DNA of 64,000 bases from a virus. Below the pieces are notes generated by a model. The model ran no database searches. It was not told the DNA's origin and saw only the letters and a program-made list of their open reading frames with translations. This document shows, in pieces, positions 45,195 to 55,115 of this stretch; the first letter of the stretch is position 1; each line of letters starts with the position of its first letter. A program made the position numbers and the translations under genes. Location of the stretch: IMG/VR virus record IMGVR_UViG_3300045988_068751; one strand, written 5' to 3'.

Positions 45195-45446
45195 ATGTTT
45201 GGAAAGAAACAATCAGCCGAACCGGCTAAAGTAACAAGTACCTCACTAGCCGAGGAATCAGCTAAGATTATTGATGTATTTGAGAAAGCTGTTACCAATC
45301 TTAAAGAGGTAGCATCTAGAGCTCAAGCAGAGAAAGAGGTTAGAGAACAAGAGATTATCGAATTACAAACTGAAGCTGCAAACCTTGAAGCAGTTTCTAA
45401 CAAAGCAACAGCCATGGCCGAGAAGATTGGTGGGTTGCTATCATAA
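45195..45446 (+). CDS. hypothetical coiled-coil protein
   Basis: ORF track. Confidence 0.45.
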   Translation: MFGKKQSAEPAKVTSTSLAEESAKIIDVFEKAVTNLKEVASRAQAEKEVREQEIIELQTEAANLEAVSNKATAMAEKIGGLLS

Positions 45447-45450
45447 CATT

Positions 45451-45915
45451 ATGGACAAAATCAGAGACGTATCAGAAATTGATTTCAAAGTGGAGGAAGT
45501 AATGAAAGCTAAATCTTTCAATGACTTCGTAAACGGAGATGTAGAGAAGGCTTTCTATCTGGGCTTCTTTAGAAATGAATTGCAACAACCTCTATCTGTT
45601 GCTATGCAAATTAGAGGTGATGAAGGCATAGCCTTAGTAAAGAGTTTTGACGAAGCAATGCAGAAGGCTAGACCTTATGTAGAAGAAATGTCTGCTATAG
45701 CTGATGATGCTATGGCTAAAGAGGAGTTCACAATGTTAGATGTAGTTAATGAAGTCTCTGACAAGGTTAACTACAAACAGGAGGAAGACAAATTCTATGT
45801 CATCTTTATCTTAGGTATGTGGGTTAAGCATCTTATTGATGAGGATGTCATATCCGAAACTGAAGAAGATGAGGATGATGAGGATTTTGTTGAGAATCCT
45901 AATGCCGACGCATAA
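45451..45915 (+). CDS. hypothetical protein with acidic C-terminal tail (start moved to MDKIRD; ORF track 45385)
   Basis: ORF track. Confidence 0.5.
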   Translation: MDKIRDVSEIDFKVEEVMKAKSFNDFVNGDVEKAFYLGFFRNELQQPLSVAMQIRGDEGIALVKSFDEAMQKARPYVEEMSAIADDAMAKEEFTMLDVVNEVSDKVNYKQEEDKFYVIFILGMWVKHLIDEDVISETEEDEDDEDFVENPNADA

Positions 45916-45923
45916 TTTTATTC

Positions 45924-46472
45924 ATGTCTAGTAAGTCTGAAGAGTGGAAGGATATTACTGGATATGAAGGACTCTATCAAGTTTCTACGTTAGGTAATGT
46001 GAGAAGCTACGATAAAATTGTTGGTTGTAGAGGAGGTAAAACACGCCTGGTCAAAGGTAAAATACTAGCTCCTACCAGAAGTGGTAATGGTTACGTGAAA
46101 GTTATGCTAACTAAGAACAAAACTCGTAGAAACAGGAATGTTCATAGATTAGTTGCCGAAGCATTTATACCAAACCCCGACGGATTTACAGATATAAATC
46201 ATATAAACGAAATTAAGACCGACAATAGAGTTTCCAATCTGGAGTGGTGTTCCAGGTGCTATAACAATCATTACAGTCGTATCCCAGAGAAGATGAATGA
46301 AGCCAAGAAGATTAGAGTTAAACAGGTGTCTTTAGATGGTGAAATTATTAATGTCTGGAATGGAATCAGAGAAGCAGCTAGAGCTTTAGGTATTAAGTCT
46401 CATAGACACATATCTGATTGCTGTAAAGGAAAAGCTAAAACATGTTATGGTTTTAAATGGGAATACTGTTAA
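45924..46472 (+). CDS. HNH homing endonuclease (NUMOD4-like N-terminus + HNH_3-like core)
   Basis: EWKDITGYEGLYQVSTLGNVRS (NUMOD4-like); VHRLVAEAFIPNP...INHI...DNRVSNLEW. Confidence 0.7.
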   Translation: MSSKSEEWKDITGYEGLYQVSTLGNVRSYDKIVGCRGGKTRLVKGKILAPTRSGNGYVKVMLTKNKTRRNRNVHRLVAEAFIPNPDGFTDINHINEIKTDNRVSNLEWCSRCYNNHYSRIPEKMNEAKKIRVKQVSLDGEIINVWNGIREAARALGIKSHRHISDCCKGKAKTCYGFKWEYC

Positions 46473-46872
46473 ACACTCGTATAGGGTATATTGTGATGGT
46501 GCCTATTCCCCTGCGAGAAATCAAGGGGGAATAGGCTTTGTCATTTTAGAGGATGACAAGAAGATATTCCAATACAGTAAGATGTATAAGAACAGCACCA
46601 ATCAGCGAATGGAGCAAATGGCTGTCATAGTTGCCCTGGAATCCATAAAGGAACCTTCTGAAATTACAATAGTAACAGATTCTATGTATATTGTAGGAAC
46701 TCTTACTAAAGGGTGGAAGAGGAAAGCCAATACTGATTTGTGGGAACGTCTTGATAAGGCTGTGAACAGGCATAAAGTAGTGTCTGTTGAGTGGTGTAAA
46801 GGTCACGCAAGTGATGAACATAATAAGGAAGCCGACAAGCTTGCTTATAATGCTAGTAACGAAATAGGATAA
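46447..46872 (+). CDS. rnhA: ribonuclease H (RNase HI-type)
   Basis: YCDGAY...GGIGFVI, EQMAVIVAL, IVTDSMY, WCKGHASDEHNKEADKLA match RNase H catalytic segments. Confidence 0.7.
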   Translation: MVLNGNTVKHSYRVYCDGAYSPARNQGGIGFVILEDDKKIFQYSKMYKNSTNQRMEQMAVIVALESIKEPSEITIVTDSMYIVGTLTKGWKRKANTDLWERLDKAVNRHKVVSVEWCKGHASDEHNKEADKLAYNASNEIG

Positions 46873-46992
46873 ACCTATGAAATACAAGAAGAAAGTACAA
46901 CGTCTTAAAGACCGACAGGCTTGGTGGGATAAGCAATCTGATTCATTTAAGAGAGCTACTACTAGACCAGGTTCAGTTAAACAAAAGTAATT

Positions 46993-47859
46993 ATGAACAA
47001 TTTTAGTCCTTCTACAGATACGTCTGTAGGCACAAAGAGATTCACAGCCCAAGAAGTGCAATTAGCTTATACTCTAATGGCTGTAGAGTACATGAAGACT
47101 ATTAAGGGTCTGAATCCGAATCATCAACTAGTTGATAAGGCTGTCAAACTGAAAGCTTTAGGATTTACTAATTCTAAAGAAGTAGGTGATGCTATCACTT
47201 CGGAAGAGGACCTTAAAGTCTTAAAATGTTATAGCTTTTTGCAAAGACATTTCCCTGGCTCATTGATACTTAAGGAGGAGGATTTCATTAATCTGAATGT
47301 TAAGTATGGATTAGTTGTTGGAAGACTATCAGCTTATAAAGGTTCTGTGCCTGACGAGAACATTGATGAAATCTCTAAGGTAATGGCCACTGCTCAAGCA
47401 CTTGAAGCAAATGAGTATGTTAACTATAGCGGAAACGGTTCACCTTTACGGTATGTTACTGGTATGCAAGTTGCTACTCACCCTATGCCTATTGGTAGCA
47501 TGTCCTATCCGGTTGGAAGGTACTTCATTAGGCAGGAACCTTCCCATATTGGACTTATGTATTTGAGTAGAAATAAGGCTAGAATGAATGCATATCCATT
47601 CTTTCATATCCTTAATAAAGCCAAGGCACATGATGTGAACATTGCTGATTCAAAAGAATGTAGCAGTGCTGACTTATTCATTGCCGCTCCTATTGAAGAA
47701 ATGAATGAAACGATGCAGTTTACAGTTCCGGAAAGGAAGATTATTCCTATCAATAATGACCCATTTGTGTTTCAAGTAACTCCAATAGGGGTAATGATTC
47801 ACTCTAAATGGGGAGTAGAAGCCGAAGACAATATATTCGACAATATTAAACCTTTATAA
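46993..47859 (+). CDS. paralog-family protein B
   Basis: C-terminal DPFVFQVTPIGVMIHSKWGVEAEDNIFD; similarity to A and C. Confidence 0.55.
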   Translation: MNNFSPSTDTSVGTKRFTAQEVQLAYTLMAVEYMKTIKGLNPNHQLVDKAVKLKALGFTNSKEVGDAITSEEDLKVLKCYSFLQRHFPGSLILKEEDFINLNVKYGLVVGRLSAYKGSVPDENIDEISKVMATAQALEANEYVNYSGNGSPLRYVTGMQVATHPMPIGSMSYPVGRYFIRQEPSHIGLMYLSRNKARMNAYPFFHILNKAKAHDVNIADSKECSSADLFIAAPIEEMNETMQFTVPERKIIPINNDPFVFQVTPIGVMIHSKWGVEAEDNIFDNIKPL

Positions 47860-47863
47860 GATT

Positions 47864-49876
47864 ATGGAATTTGTCAAGTTTAAAAGAGCAGTCCATGCGC
47901 AGTTTAATCAACTAGCTGCTGGTGCAGACATGCTCTTTCTGACTAATGTAGACAAGGACGCATTATGGGATTGTTACCTTAATTCCTTTCCGGAGGAAGA
48001 GAGACAGTCTCATAATTGCAACAATTGTAAACATTATATCAGACATTATGGTAGAGTTGTCGCCATTAAAGACAATAAAGTAGTAACCATGTGGGAGAAC
48101 CTACAGTTGGATGAACCTTATGCTACTGTAGCTAGAAATCTCGATGCATTAGTGAAATCAAAACCAGTTGTAGATGTTTTTATCACTCGTGATTATGAAC
48201 TAGGAATTGATAGAAACAATGCCTATATTGACAGTTTGCAAGGTCCTAAAGTAATTACCTGGAATCATCTTTACTATCATATGCCAAATCAATTGGTGTA
48301 TACAGGAACTGAATCCGTATCTGCTGTAATGGGGACTTTACGCACAACTAAGGAAGTGTTCAAACGTGCACTGGAGGAATTAACTATCGATTCTATAGAA
48401 ACAGTTCTGGACTTAATAGGTCAGAATGCTTTATATAGAGGAGAACAGTTTAAAAATGACTTAAGTGTATTCCTGGGTCATAAAAGACACTATGATTCAT
48501 TACCTGATGAAGAGAAAGACAACTGGTGTTGGGCAAACTTCAATCGTGTAGGATGTGCACGCATTCGTAATACGGCAATTGGTACATTGTTGGTAAATAT
48601 ATCATCAGGACTTGAATTGGACGATTGTGTGACTGCATACGAACGTATCATGGCTCCAGAGAACTATCAAAGACCTAAGTCAATTGTTACTAAAAGAATG
48701 ATTGAGGAAGCACAGAAGAAAGTGCAGGAACTAGGTCTTATGGATTCTCTACCTCGTAGACATGCTGCCTTAGAGGATATAACAGTCAACAATGTTATAT
48801 TTGCTAATCGTGATGCCAAGAAGGTAATGGCTGGAAATATATTCGAAGAACTGGCCGCAGACACTAAAGTTAATCCTAAGAAGTTTGACAAGTTAACTGA
48901 AATTAGCATTGATGATTTCATTGCTAATGTGGTACCCACTGCCACTAACATAGAAGTGTTAATGGAAAGTAGATTGTCCAATAACTTAGTAACTCTTACA
49001 GCTCCTGTTAACAAGGATGCTAAGAATCTGTTTAAATGGCCGAACAACTTTGCTTGGACATATAATGGAGGGGTAGCTGATTCTATTAAAGAGAAAGTAA
49101 GAGCTGCTGGTGGTCAGACTGAAGGATTCTTAAGATGTTCGTTGGCATGGTCTAACTATGATGACTTGGATTTGCATGTCGTTGAACCTAATAATCTTGA
49201 AATTTATTACTCCAACAGAATCGGCAGAAGTGGTGGTAAGCTAGACGTGGATGAAAATGCCGGATATGGCAAAACTCGCAAACCCGTTGAGAACATTATA
49301 TGGGTTAACGAACGCAAGATGCTTGAAGGTAAGTATGTTGTGTATGTTAATAACTTTCATTGTAGAGAATCTGTTGATACAGGATTTACATTGGAAATAG
49401 AACACAATGGAGAAGTCCGACAATTTGTCTATGACAAACCCGTTAAACATAAAGAGAATGTCATGGTTGCCGAGATTACTTACAGTAAATCTAAAGGCAT
49501 CCAAATAAGAGAGCTAATACCCAGTACTAGCCATTCGTCAGTAAGCCTATGGAATATTGATACTAACAAGTTCCATAAGGTGAACGTGATGATGCTGTCC
49601 CCCAATTATTGGGATGAGCAGGGTATTGGCAATAAACATTACTTCTTTATGTTGGATGATTGCAAGAATCCGGAGCCTGTTCGTGGATTCTTTAACGAAT
49701 ATCTTAACAGTGAGCTAACTCCTCACCGTAAGGTATTTGAGGTTCTAGCTGATAAGATGAAGACTCCTTACCAAGAACATCAATTGAGTGGATTAGGGTT
49801 CTCATCTACTATGCGTAATTCCGTTATTGTTAAAGTGGACGGAACATTTAGTAGAACTTTAAAAGTCAATTTCTGA
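47864..49876 (+). CDS. hypothetical large protein (670 aa) with N-terminal Cys cluster (CNNCKHY)
   Basis: ORF track. Confidence 0.6.
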   Translation: MEFVKFKRAVHAQFNQLAAGADMLFLTNVDKDALWDCYLNSFPEEERQSHNCNNCKHYIRHYGRVVAIKDNKVVTMWENLQLDEPYATVARNLDALVKSKPVVDVFITRDYELGIDRNNAYIDSLQGPKVITWNHLYYHMPNQLVYTGTESVSAVMGTLRTTKEVFKRALEELTIDSIETVLDLIGQNALYRGEQFKNDLSVFLGHKRHYDSLPDEEKDNWCWANFNRVGCARIRNTAIGTLLVNISSGLELDDCVTAYERIMAPENYQRPKSIVTKRMIEEAQKKVQELGLMDSLPRRHAALEDITVNNVIFANRDAKKVMAGNIFEELAADTKVNPKKFDKLTEISIDDFIANVVPTATNIEVLMESRLSNNLVTLTAPVNKDAKNLFKWPNNFAWTYNGGVADSIKEKVRAAGGQTEGFLRCSLAWSNYDDLDLHVVEPNNLEIYYSNRIGRSGGKLDVDENAGYGKTRKPVENIIWVNERKMLEGKYVVYVNNFHCRESVDTGFTLEIEHNGEVRQFVYDKPVKHKENVMVAEITYSKSKGIQIRELIPSTSHSSVSLWNIDTNKFHKVNVMMLSPNYWDEQGIGNKHYFFMLDDCKNPEPVRGFFNEYLNSELTPHRKVFEVLADKMKTPYQEHQLSGLGFSSTMRNSVIVKVDGTFSRTLKVNF

Positions 49877-50814
49877 TGTTTAGATTTCTAAAACGCAATG
49901 ATTCTGAAGTTATAACTCCAGAAGTGGTTGACGTGCCGGTGACGACTATTCAGTCCAACATAGCTATGGCTCTTGCTTTATGTATGGAGGAATATCTACG
50001 TTCTGTTTCCAAGACATCAGTTGATATTCCTAATAGAGATACATTAGTAAGAGAATACAACACGTTGGTTGATGCTGGACTGGGCAGCTCAAAAAATGCT
50101 AGGTTATTGCAAGCTAAAATATCGGAATATAATCAGATAGCTCTGGATGCCATGCGCGCTAAGAACTTGTTTAGCTTCGTAAAACGTGCAAGAGAGGTGT
50201 TCGGAGAGAGTACTCTTCTAGTTGGCTCTAAACAATTTGATGATGTTTGTAAGAAGTATAAACTTGTCAAAGGGCTACTAAAACAGTACACTGGGGTGAT
50301 TCCTGACCGTAATATTAGAGAAATACTAGAAGTTAAGCGCAAACTTAATGGTGAAGGACCTATGTTCTCTGATTTAGGATTGGAATGTACTAGTGGAGCA
50401 TATTATTATGTTACAGGCATTAACTATGGATACAGTGACAGTGAAACTATGTTGAACAATCTGAAGAAATACATAGAATCACACAATCACATAGTTATTG
50501 GCCCTGATATAGAAGGCACACTCAGGCTGTCTAGTATAATTAACAAGAATCCCGGCCTTCCTGCTGATGTAAAGGCTTTTAGCTACCCTAACATAGTTTC
50601 CTTTGATGCTGTTAAGATAGGTAGAAATGAGCTATTTGTAGCTTGCCCTCCTAGTCAATTAAACAATCCAGAGGTTACAATCACTAAGAAGGCAGTAGAC
50701 CCTATTGTGTACCAGCCTTGTGCTTATGGTATTCTCATTCACAGTATGTGGGGAGAAGAATCAGAGGACAAAGTGTTTGAAGAATATAAACGTATTAACA
50801 ATTTAATGCTATAA
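49876..50814 (+). CDS. paralog-family protein C
   Basis: C-terminal DPIVYQPCAYGILIHSMWGEESEDKVFE; N-terminal MEEYL...LGSSKNARLL. Confidence 0.55.
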   Translation: MFRFLKRNDSEVITPEVVDVPVTTIQSNIAMALALCMEEYLRSVSKTSVDIPNRDTLVREYNTLVDAGLGSSKNARLLQAKISEYNQIALDAMRAKNLFSFVKRAREVFGESTLLVGSKQFDDVCKKYKLVKGLLKQYTGVIPDRNIREILEVKRKLNGEGPMFSDLGLECTSGAYYYVTGINYGYSDSETMLNNLKKYIESHNHIVIGPDIEGTLRLSSIINKNPGLPADVKAFSYPNIVSFDAVKIGRNELFVACPPSQLNNPEVTITKKAVDPIVYQPCAYGILIHSMWGEESEDKVFEEYKRINNLML

Positions 50815-50816
50815 TT

Positions 50817-51191
50817 ATGTTTGAGAAAGCATCTAGAATGAAATTGCGTTTTAACACGCAACGTGGAGTTCTTTCTGTTGAAGACTTGTGGGATTTACCC
50901 TTAATTCAACTTGACAATATTGCAATTGCTCTTAACAAGAAATTGCAAGAGTCTAAAACTGAAAGCTTCATCAAAACCCGGACTAAGGACACTACCGAAC
51001 TTGAACTGAAATTCAATATTGCAAAACACATTATTGATGTTAAGTTGCAAGAACAGGAAGACCGTCTACTTGAAAGTGAGAAGAAAGCTAAGCGTCAGAA
51101 GATTCTTGACCTTATGGCTAAGAAACAAGACGCCGAACTCGAAGGCAAATCTCTGGAAGAATTAGCTAAAGAACTTGAAGCACTTAATTGA
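50817..51191 (+). CDS. hypothetical coiled-coil protein
   Basis: ORF track. Confidence 0.5.
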   Translation: MFEKASRMKLRFNTQRGVLSVEDLWDLPLIQLDNIAIALNKKLQESKTESFIKTRTKDTTELELKFNIAKHIIDVKLQEQEDRLLESEKKAKRQKILDLMAKKQDAELEGKSLEELAKELEALN

Positions 51192-51454
51192 TTATGAACT
51201 TTGAGAAAGAAATAAAGAAATGGCAGAAGGTGAACAGCTCTGAAACTAAAGCCCAGCTCTTTGAAGCAGTAGATTACATCTGCGCTGATGAGCCTAATGG
51301 ATTAGTAGGAGTGACTGGTTTGCTATTTGATGCCGATAAACTCAAGAGGAGTATCAATGCTGCGCTTTCCATGAGAGCGGAAGCTAACGTGGTTACACGT
51401 AGATATGGTTTGCGTCAGCAGGTGCTATACTTGATGTACTATGGCGAAGAGTGA
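51188..51454 (+). CDS. hypothetical protein
   Basis: ORF track; ATGA overlap. Confidence 0.5.
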   Translation: MIMNFEKEIKKWQKVNSSETKAQLFEAVDYICADEPNGLVGVTGLLFDADKLKRSINAALSMRAEANVVTRRYGLRQQVLYLMYYGEE

Positions 51455-51611
51455 CTATAAGTGCTCTTGCGCTGGAAGAGGCTAAACTTTAAAGGAAGCA
51501 TGTAAGTAATACTGTGAGTTATGCTGACAGACCGTCCACGTGAAAAGCCCAGTACGTGATACTGGCAAGGGCGGCCGTTAAATCGGAATTGCTTCCTGTA
51601 TGGTCCCATAG

Positions 51612-51683
51612 TTCAATGGATAGAACGCTGGTCTACGGAACCTGAAATGGCAGTTCGACTCTGCCTGGGACTACTAACTTAAT
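51612..51683 (+). tRNA. tRNA-Arg (ACG)
   Basis: acceptor ggtccca/tgggact, D gttc/gaac, anticodon loop cuACGga, T-arm ggcag-TTCGACT-ctgcc. Confidence 0.75.
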
Positions 51684-51693
51684 AAGGAAAGAG

Positions 51694-52296
51694 ATGACTA
51701 ACTTAGAAATTATTAAAAGATTAAAGACTGCTAAAGACTTGTACGATAAAGATACAAAGCCAGGTAGTGATAAGAATGGTGGTATGTGCCACTATATGAA
51801 GCAAGCATTCAACGGAGTGTTTAAAGAAGGAATACCTCCCTCTTATAATGAATTAGTGGCATTAATTCCGGAGTTTAACCCAGAGTTTCTAGGAGGTAAT
51901 GTCAAACAAGAAGAAGTAGCTAGGCTGGTCTTTTGGTGGCCCGTAGATGAGAAGAAACACAGGCTTATAGCCTTCGATAAACTCATCCATTGGTACACAG
52001 AAAGAACCAATAAGCACACTATCTTACTAAAAGCTAAGAAGCTGTTTGAAGACCATTCAGAATACTGGGGAATGTGTTTCTGCATTGAACATGCTATGGC
52101 TGGCACAGAAAGAGGAATCAACATCTATGATGAACGTGATGTAGTTGCTATGTTTCCAGAGTTCAATAGAGAGTTCTTAGGTGCACCTAAAGACAGGTAT
52201 GGTAAGGCATTTTGGTGGACTCCCGATGACGAGAAGGGTCACAATGCTAGGATTGAAGCATTTGATAAACTGATTAAGTATTACGAAGGAAGATGA
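51694..52296 (+). CDS. hypothetical protein with internal tandem duplication (PEFN[PR]EFLG...WW.P.DEK.H...AFDKLI)
   Basis: ORF track; two ~75-aa repeats. Confidence 0.5.
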   Translation: MTNLEIIKRLKTAKDLYDKDTKPGSDKNGGMCHYMKQAFNGVFKEGIPPSYNELVALIPEFNPEFLGGNVKQEEVARLVFWWPVDEKKHRLIAFDKLIHWYTERTNKHTILLKAKKLFEDHSEYWGMCFCIEHAMAGTERGINIYDERDVVAMFPEFNREFLGAPKDRYGKAFWWTPDDEKGHNARIEAFDKLIKYYEGR

Positions 52297-52658
52297 ACTG
52301 GATAAAAAGAATCATGAATAAGTTATTTATTGATAATGAGTCCTATAACATTGAAGAGGACAATATCACTATCTCACAAATCAAGCGTAAAATTTACGTA
52401 AATGGTAAATTAATATCTGAAACGAATAAGGATAGTGTACATATCAGTTTTACTGGTAACGTAAAAGAGCTTAACTGCAACACATGTGATATTGACGGAG
52501 ACGCATTTGCTGTACATGGTAATAGTGTTAAAGTTAAAGGCAATGTGGGAGGTTCTATAGAAGCTAACAGTATTGAGGTTGGTGGTAATGTACAAGGAGA
52601 CATTGATGCTAACTCTGTTAAAGTAAAAGGCAGACACACTGGGAGTATTAACGTATAG
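52293..52658 (+). CDS. bactofilin-like (polymer-forming beta-helix repeat) protein
   Basis: repeating G.V.G.I.AN.V.VKG motif over the C-terminal 70 aa; ends in TAG. Confidence 0.4.
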   Translation: MNWIKRIMNKLFIDNESYNIEEDNITISQIKRKIYVNGKLISETNKDSVHISFTGNVKELNCNTCDIDGDAFAVHGNSVKVKGNVGGSIEANSIEVGGNVQGDIDANSVKVKGRHTGSINV

Positions 52659-52665
52659 CTTTCAA

Positions 52666-52739
52666 GGCTCAGTAGCTCAATAGTATAGAGCATCTCCGTC
52701 CTAAGGAGAGGGTTGTGGGTTAGAGCCCCACCTGAGTCA
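52666..52739 (+). tRNA. tRNA-Arg (CCT); T-loop atypical (TTAGAGC)
   Basis: acceptor ggctcag/ctgagtc, D gctc/gagc, anticodon arm tctcc-guCCUaa-ggaga. Confidence 0.65.
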
Positions 52740-52759
52740 CAAACCAATTATTAGTTATT

Positions 52760-53083
52760 ATGAAGAATATCTTTAATTTTGGTAAATTGTTGGAAGGTGA
52801 ATCTATGAATGCGGACGAGGCATATTCAGTTGCCACTTACAATGAAGTGGTGACACAAGAAACTCTAATTAAGAGGTTTCTAGATACTACTGACCAACTT
52901 ATTAAGGCTAAGAGTGAGAACAATTACTTTAGTCTTGTTATGGATTTGAATGATGATGTAGCTAAAGCCAAGGATGAAATCCTTAAATACTACGAAGATA
53001 AACGATTCTTCGTTAAGGTTATTGATAAAGAAGGATATCCTGGCTTAGTTGGAGAATATCTATTCATATCCTGGAAGAAGTGA
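52760..53083 (+). CDS. hypothetical protein
   Basis: ORF track. Confidence 0.5.
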   Translation: MKNIFNFGKLLEGESMNADEAYSVATYNEVVTQETLIKRFLDTTDQLIKAKSENNYFSLVMDLNDDVAKAKDEILKYYEDKRFFVKVIDKEGYPGLVGEYLFISWKK

Positions 53084-53236
53084 ATTTCTTTATTCTAACA
53101 TAACCACAGGCATAATTGAGAGTGAAATGCCTGTTTAAGCAGTCCCCACTGCTGTAATGGTGATTTGATTACCATACATTATCTTAAGCCCTTGAGGGTT
53201 GGTGTGAATAGACTATTCACATGTTCTTAACATTAA

Positions 53237-53605
53237 TTGTTAACAACAATGACATTCGATGAACAAGACTCTCTTATAGAGTCATTGAACGCGGCTTATG
53301 ATAAAGCCGGAACTATTACAGATGAAGACATCAAAGAACTGTTTGCCAAGAAGAATGCAATCGCTGATGAAGACGAGCAAACTTCTTATGAGTTCGATGA
53401 ATTCTTTGCAGAAGTAGTAAGTAAATGGGCGCAAGACGGGCTGACTGATGAGAAAGCTCGATTACTGCTCAATCTTATTGATAGCGCTGACGGTAGTGTG
53501 GACGATTCTGAAGACGCAATGTTGGAAGAATTATCTATGGCTGAACTGACTGGCGTGGACATATCTGAAATATTAAAAGATAAGTTCCCAGACTACTTTG
53601 AATAG
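53237..53605 (+). CDS. hypothetical acidic protein. It ends in TAG, which is followed in frame by 44 sense codons encoding a hydrophobic tail (through the G9 tract) before TGA 53738
   Basis: ORF track; manual translation 53606-53740. Confidence 0.5.
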   Translation: MLTTMTFDEQDSLIESLNAAYDKAGTITDEDIKELFAKKNAIADEDEQTSYEFDEFFAEVVSKWAQDGLTDEKARLLLNLIDSADGSVDDSEDAMLEELSMAELTGVDISEILKDKFPDYFE

Positions 53606-53658
53606 TTCTTATGTATGGTGATAGGTTATGGAATAGACATTCCAGCCAGAATATCACT

Positions 53659-53667
53659 GGGGGGGGG
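53659..53667 (+). repeat. G9 homopolymer in the 53606-53877 gene-poor region, read as GGG in two open frames
   Basis: seen directly. Confidence 0.9.
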
Positions 53668-53877
53668 TGTAGGCTCTTCTTCGTTGCTCCTAGCAACACA
53701 CCTAATGCCAAGTATAGGCATTATTGTTATCAGTTTATGATAACGGACTTTAGGCTACGTTATATTTAATGTAGTGCTAATCGCGCAGAACGATATTCGT
53801 ACTGCCGTTTAGGGTCAAATTCAGATTAGTTATTAGATTATTCTTTACTTCTAATGAGGTAAGGTCTACTCTAGTGA

Positions 53878-54183
53878 TTGTCTGGGTTTGGCCCTTCTTT
53901 TTTAACTTTAGATATGCAGAAATTTAAGTACGAAGACAATGAACTAATACCCATTTTACAGGCAGGAGACCTTATCACTGTAAACGGCAGTCCGGTGGAA
54001 ATCGTTGACAGTGGTTGCGCGTGCTTTGGCTGTTACTTTAAAGCCAGTGACTGTACTATGGAGTGTAGATGTCCACTTGACGAAGACTTGATATTTCGAA
54101 AGGTGGAAAAGAAGATTAAACAAGATGAGAGGGTTGAGCAAACTAAAAACGTGGCTGAAGAGGAAGGGATTTACTTCTACTAA
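53878..54183 (+). CDS. hypothetical Cys-rich small protein
   Basis: ORF track. Confidence 0.45.
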   Translation: MSGFGPSFLTLDMQKFKYEDNELIPILQAGDLITVNGSPVEIVDSGCACFGCYFKASDCTMECRCPLDEDLIFRKVEKKIKQDERVEQTKNVAEEEGIYFY

Positions 54184-54601
54184 TTATAAGGGAGATTCGG
54201 AGTACTACACATTGAACGGATTCTCTGCTACTGTGAGGTTAGCAGACCATGTAGGAAGAGAAGGAACTGAAACTGATAAATATATAAATATCATTCCAGA
54301 CGGAGTTGATAGATATGTATTTATTTATGACAGAATATCTACTTCTATGAGCCATAAGGAACTTATTAAGGCATTAGATGCTTTAATATATCTGCATGGT
54401 AAAATTCCCAAGTATTTCGAGAATAGAGACCTTATTAAGAAGAGATACGAAGATGCTGTTTCCAGCGTCCAATCTCATTTAGCTAGAAGGACGGTAGACC
54501 AACGAGCAGTGTTGGTTAAGGGTGTTAGTACCTTAGAACCCGTCATACTCGAGTTGCAGAAACTATGTTGTCAATTTAGAGTAGAGAAAGAGAAATTGTG
54601 A
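54125..54601 (+). CDS. hypothetical protein
   Basis: ORF track. Confidence 0.45.
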   Translation: MRGLSKLKTWLKRKGFTSTNYKGDSEYYTLNGFSATVRLADHVGREGTETDKYINIIPDGVDRYVFIYDRISTSMSHKELIKALDALIYLHGKIPKYFENRDLIKKRYEDAVSSVQSHLARRTVDQRAVLVKGVSTLEPVILELQKLCCQFRVEKEKL

Positions 54602-54810
54602 TTGTAATATTAATAGTGCTCGCACTGTATGGTGTGTCTTACTTACTAAACATTGTACTGAACTACATGCTTGCATACTACGACTTGGATGAAGAATACT
54701 TCTGGGAAGTCGTAGAGGAGGATGTAGGTTGGTGGATGACATGTCCAGTCATATCACCATTCTTATACTTATGGCTAATAGGTAAGGTATTAGAAGAACA
54801 ATCAGATTAA
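54598..54810 (+). CDS. small membrane protein
   Basis: ORF track; hydrophobic N-terminus. Confidence 0.4.
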   Translation: MIVILIVLALYGVSYLLNIVLNYMLAYYDLDEEYFWEVVEEDVGWWMTCPVISPFLYLWLIGKVLEEQSD

Positions 54811-54839
54811 ACTAATACTAACTTTACGGATAATCAAGT

Positions 54840-55112
54840 ATGATTATTGAAGAAGCTGACTTTAGAATGGAATCTGTAGGTGACAATTTACACTTCTGGG
54901 ACCTATCTATACTAAAGACTATTAAATCTAAGGACGGAGAACGTCAGGAGTTTAAAGTAATTGGTTATGGACTTCCCATATCTGCATGTCTTCAAAGAAT
55001 AGCGGATTATAGAATAGAGTGTAAGCACCCAGATGCCATGTCTCTGAAAGAATATATTCAAGATTACAAACAAGAAGTAACTAGATTAGAAGAGTTAACT
55101 AAAGGAATTTAA
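54840..55112 (+). CDS. hypothetical protein
   Basis: ORF track. Confidence 0.45.
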   Translation: MIIEEADFRMESVGDNLHFWDLSILKTIKSKDGERQEFKVIGYGLPISACLQRIADYRIECKHPDAMSLKEYIQDYKQEVTRLEELTKGI

Positions 55113-55115
55113 GCT

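Noticed and set aside
44986-45234. ORF-track CDS of 82 aa
   Set aside because: Covers the tRNA-like element 45080-45162 in a non-coding GC-richer stretch; judged spurious.
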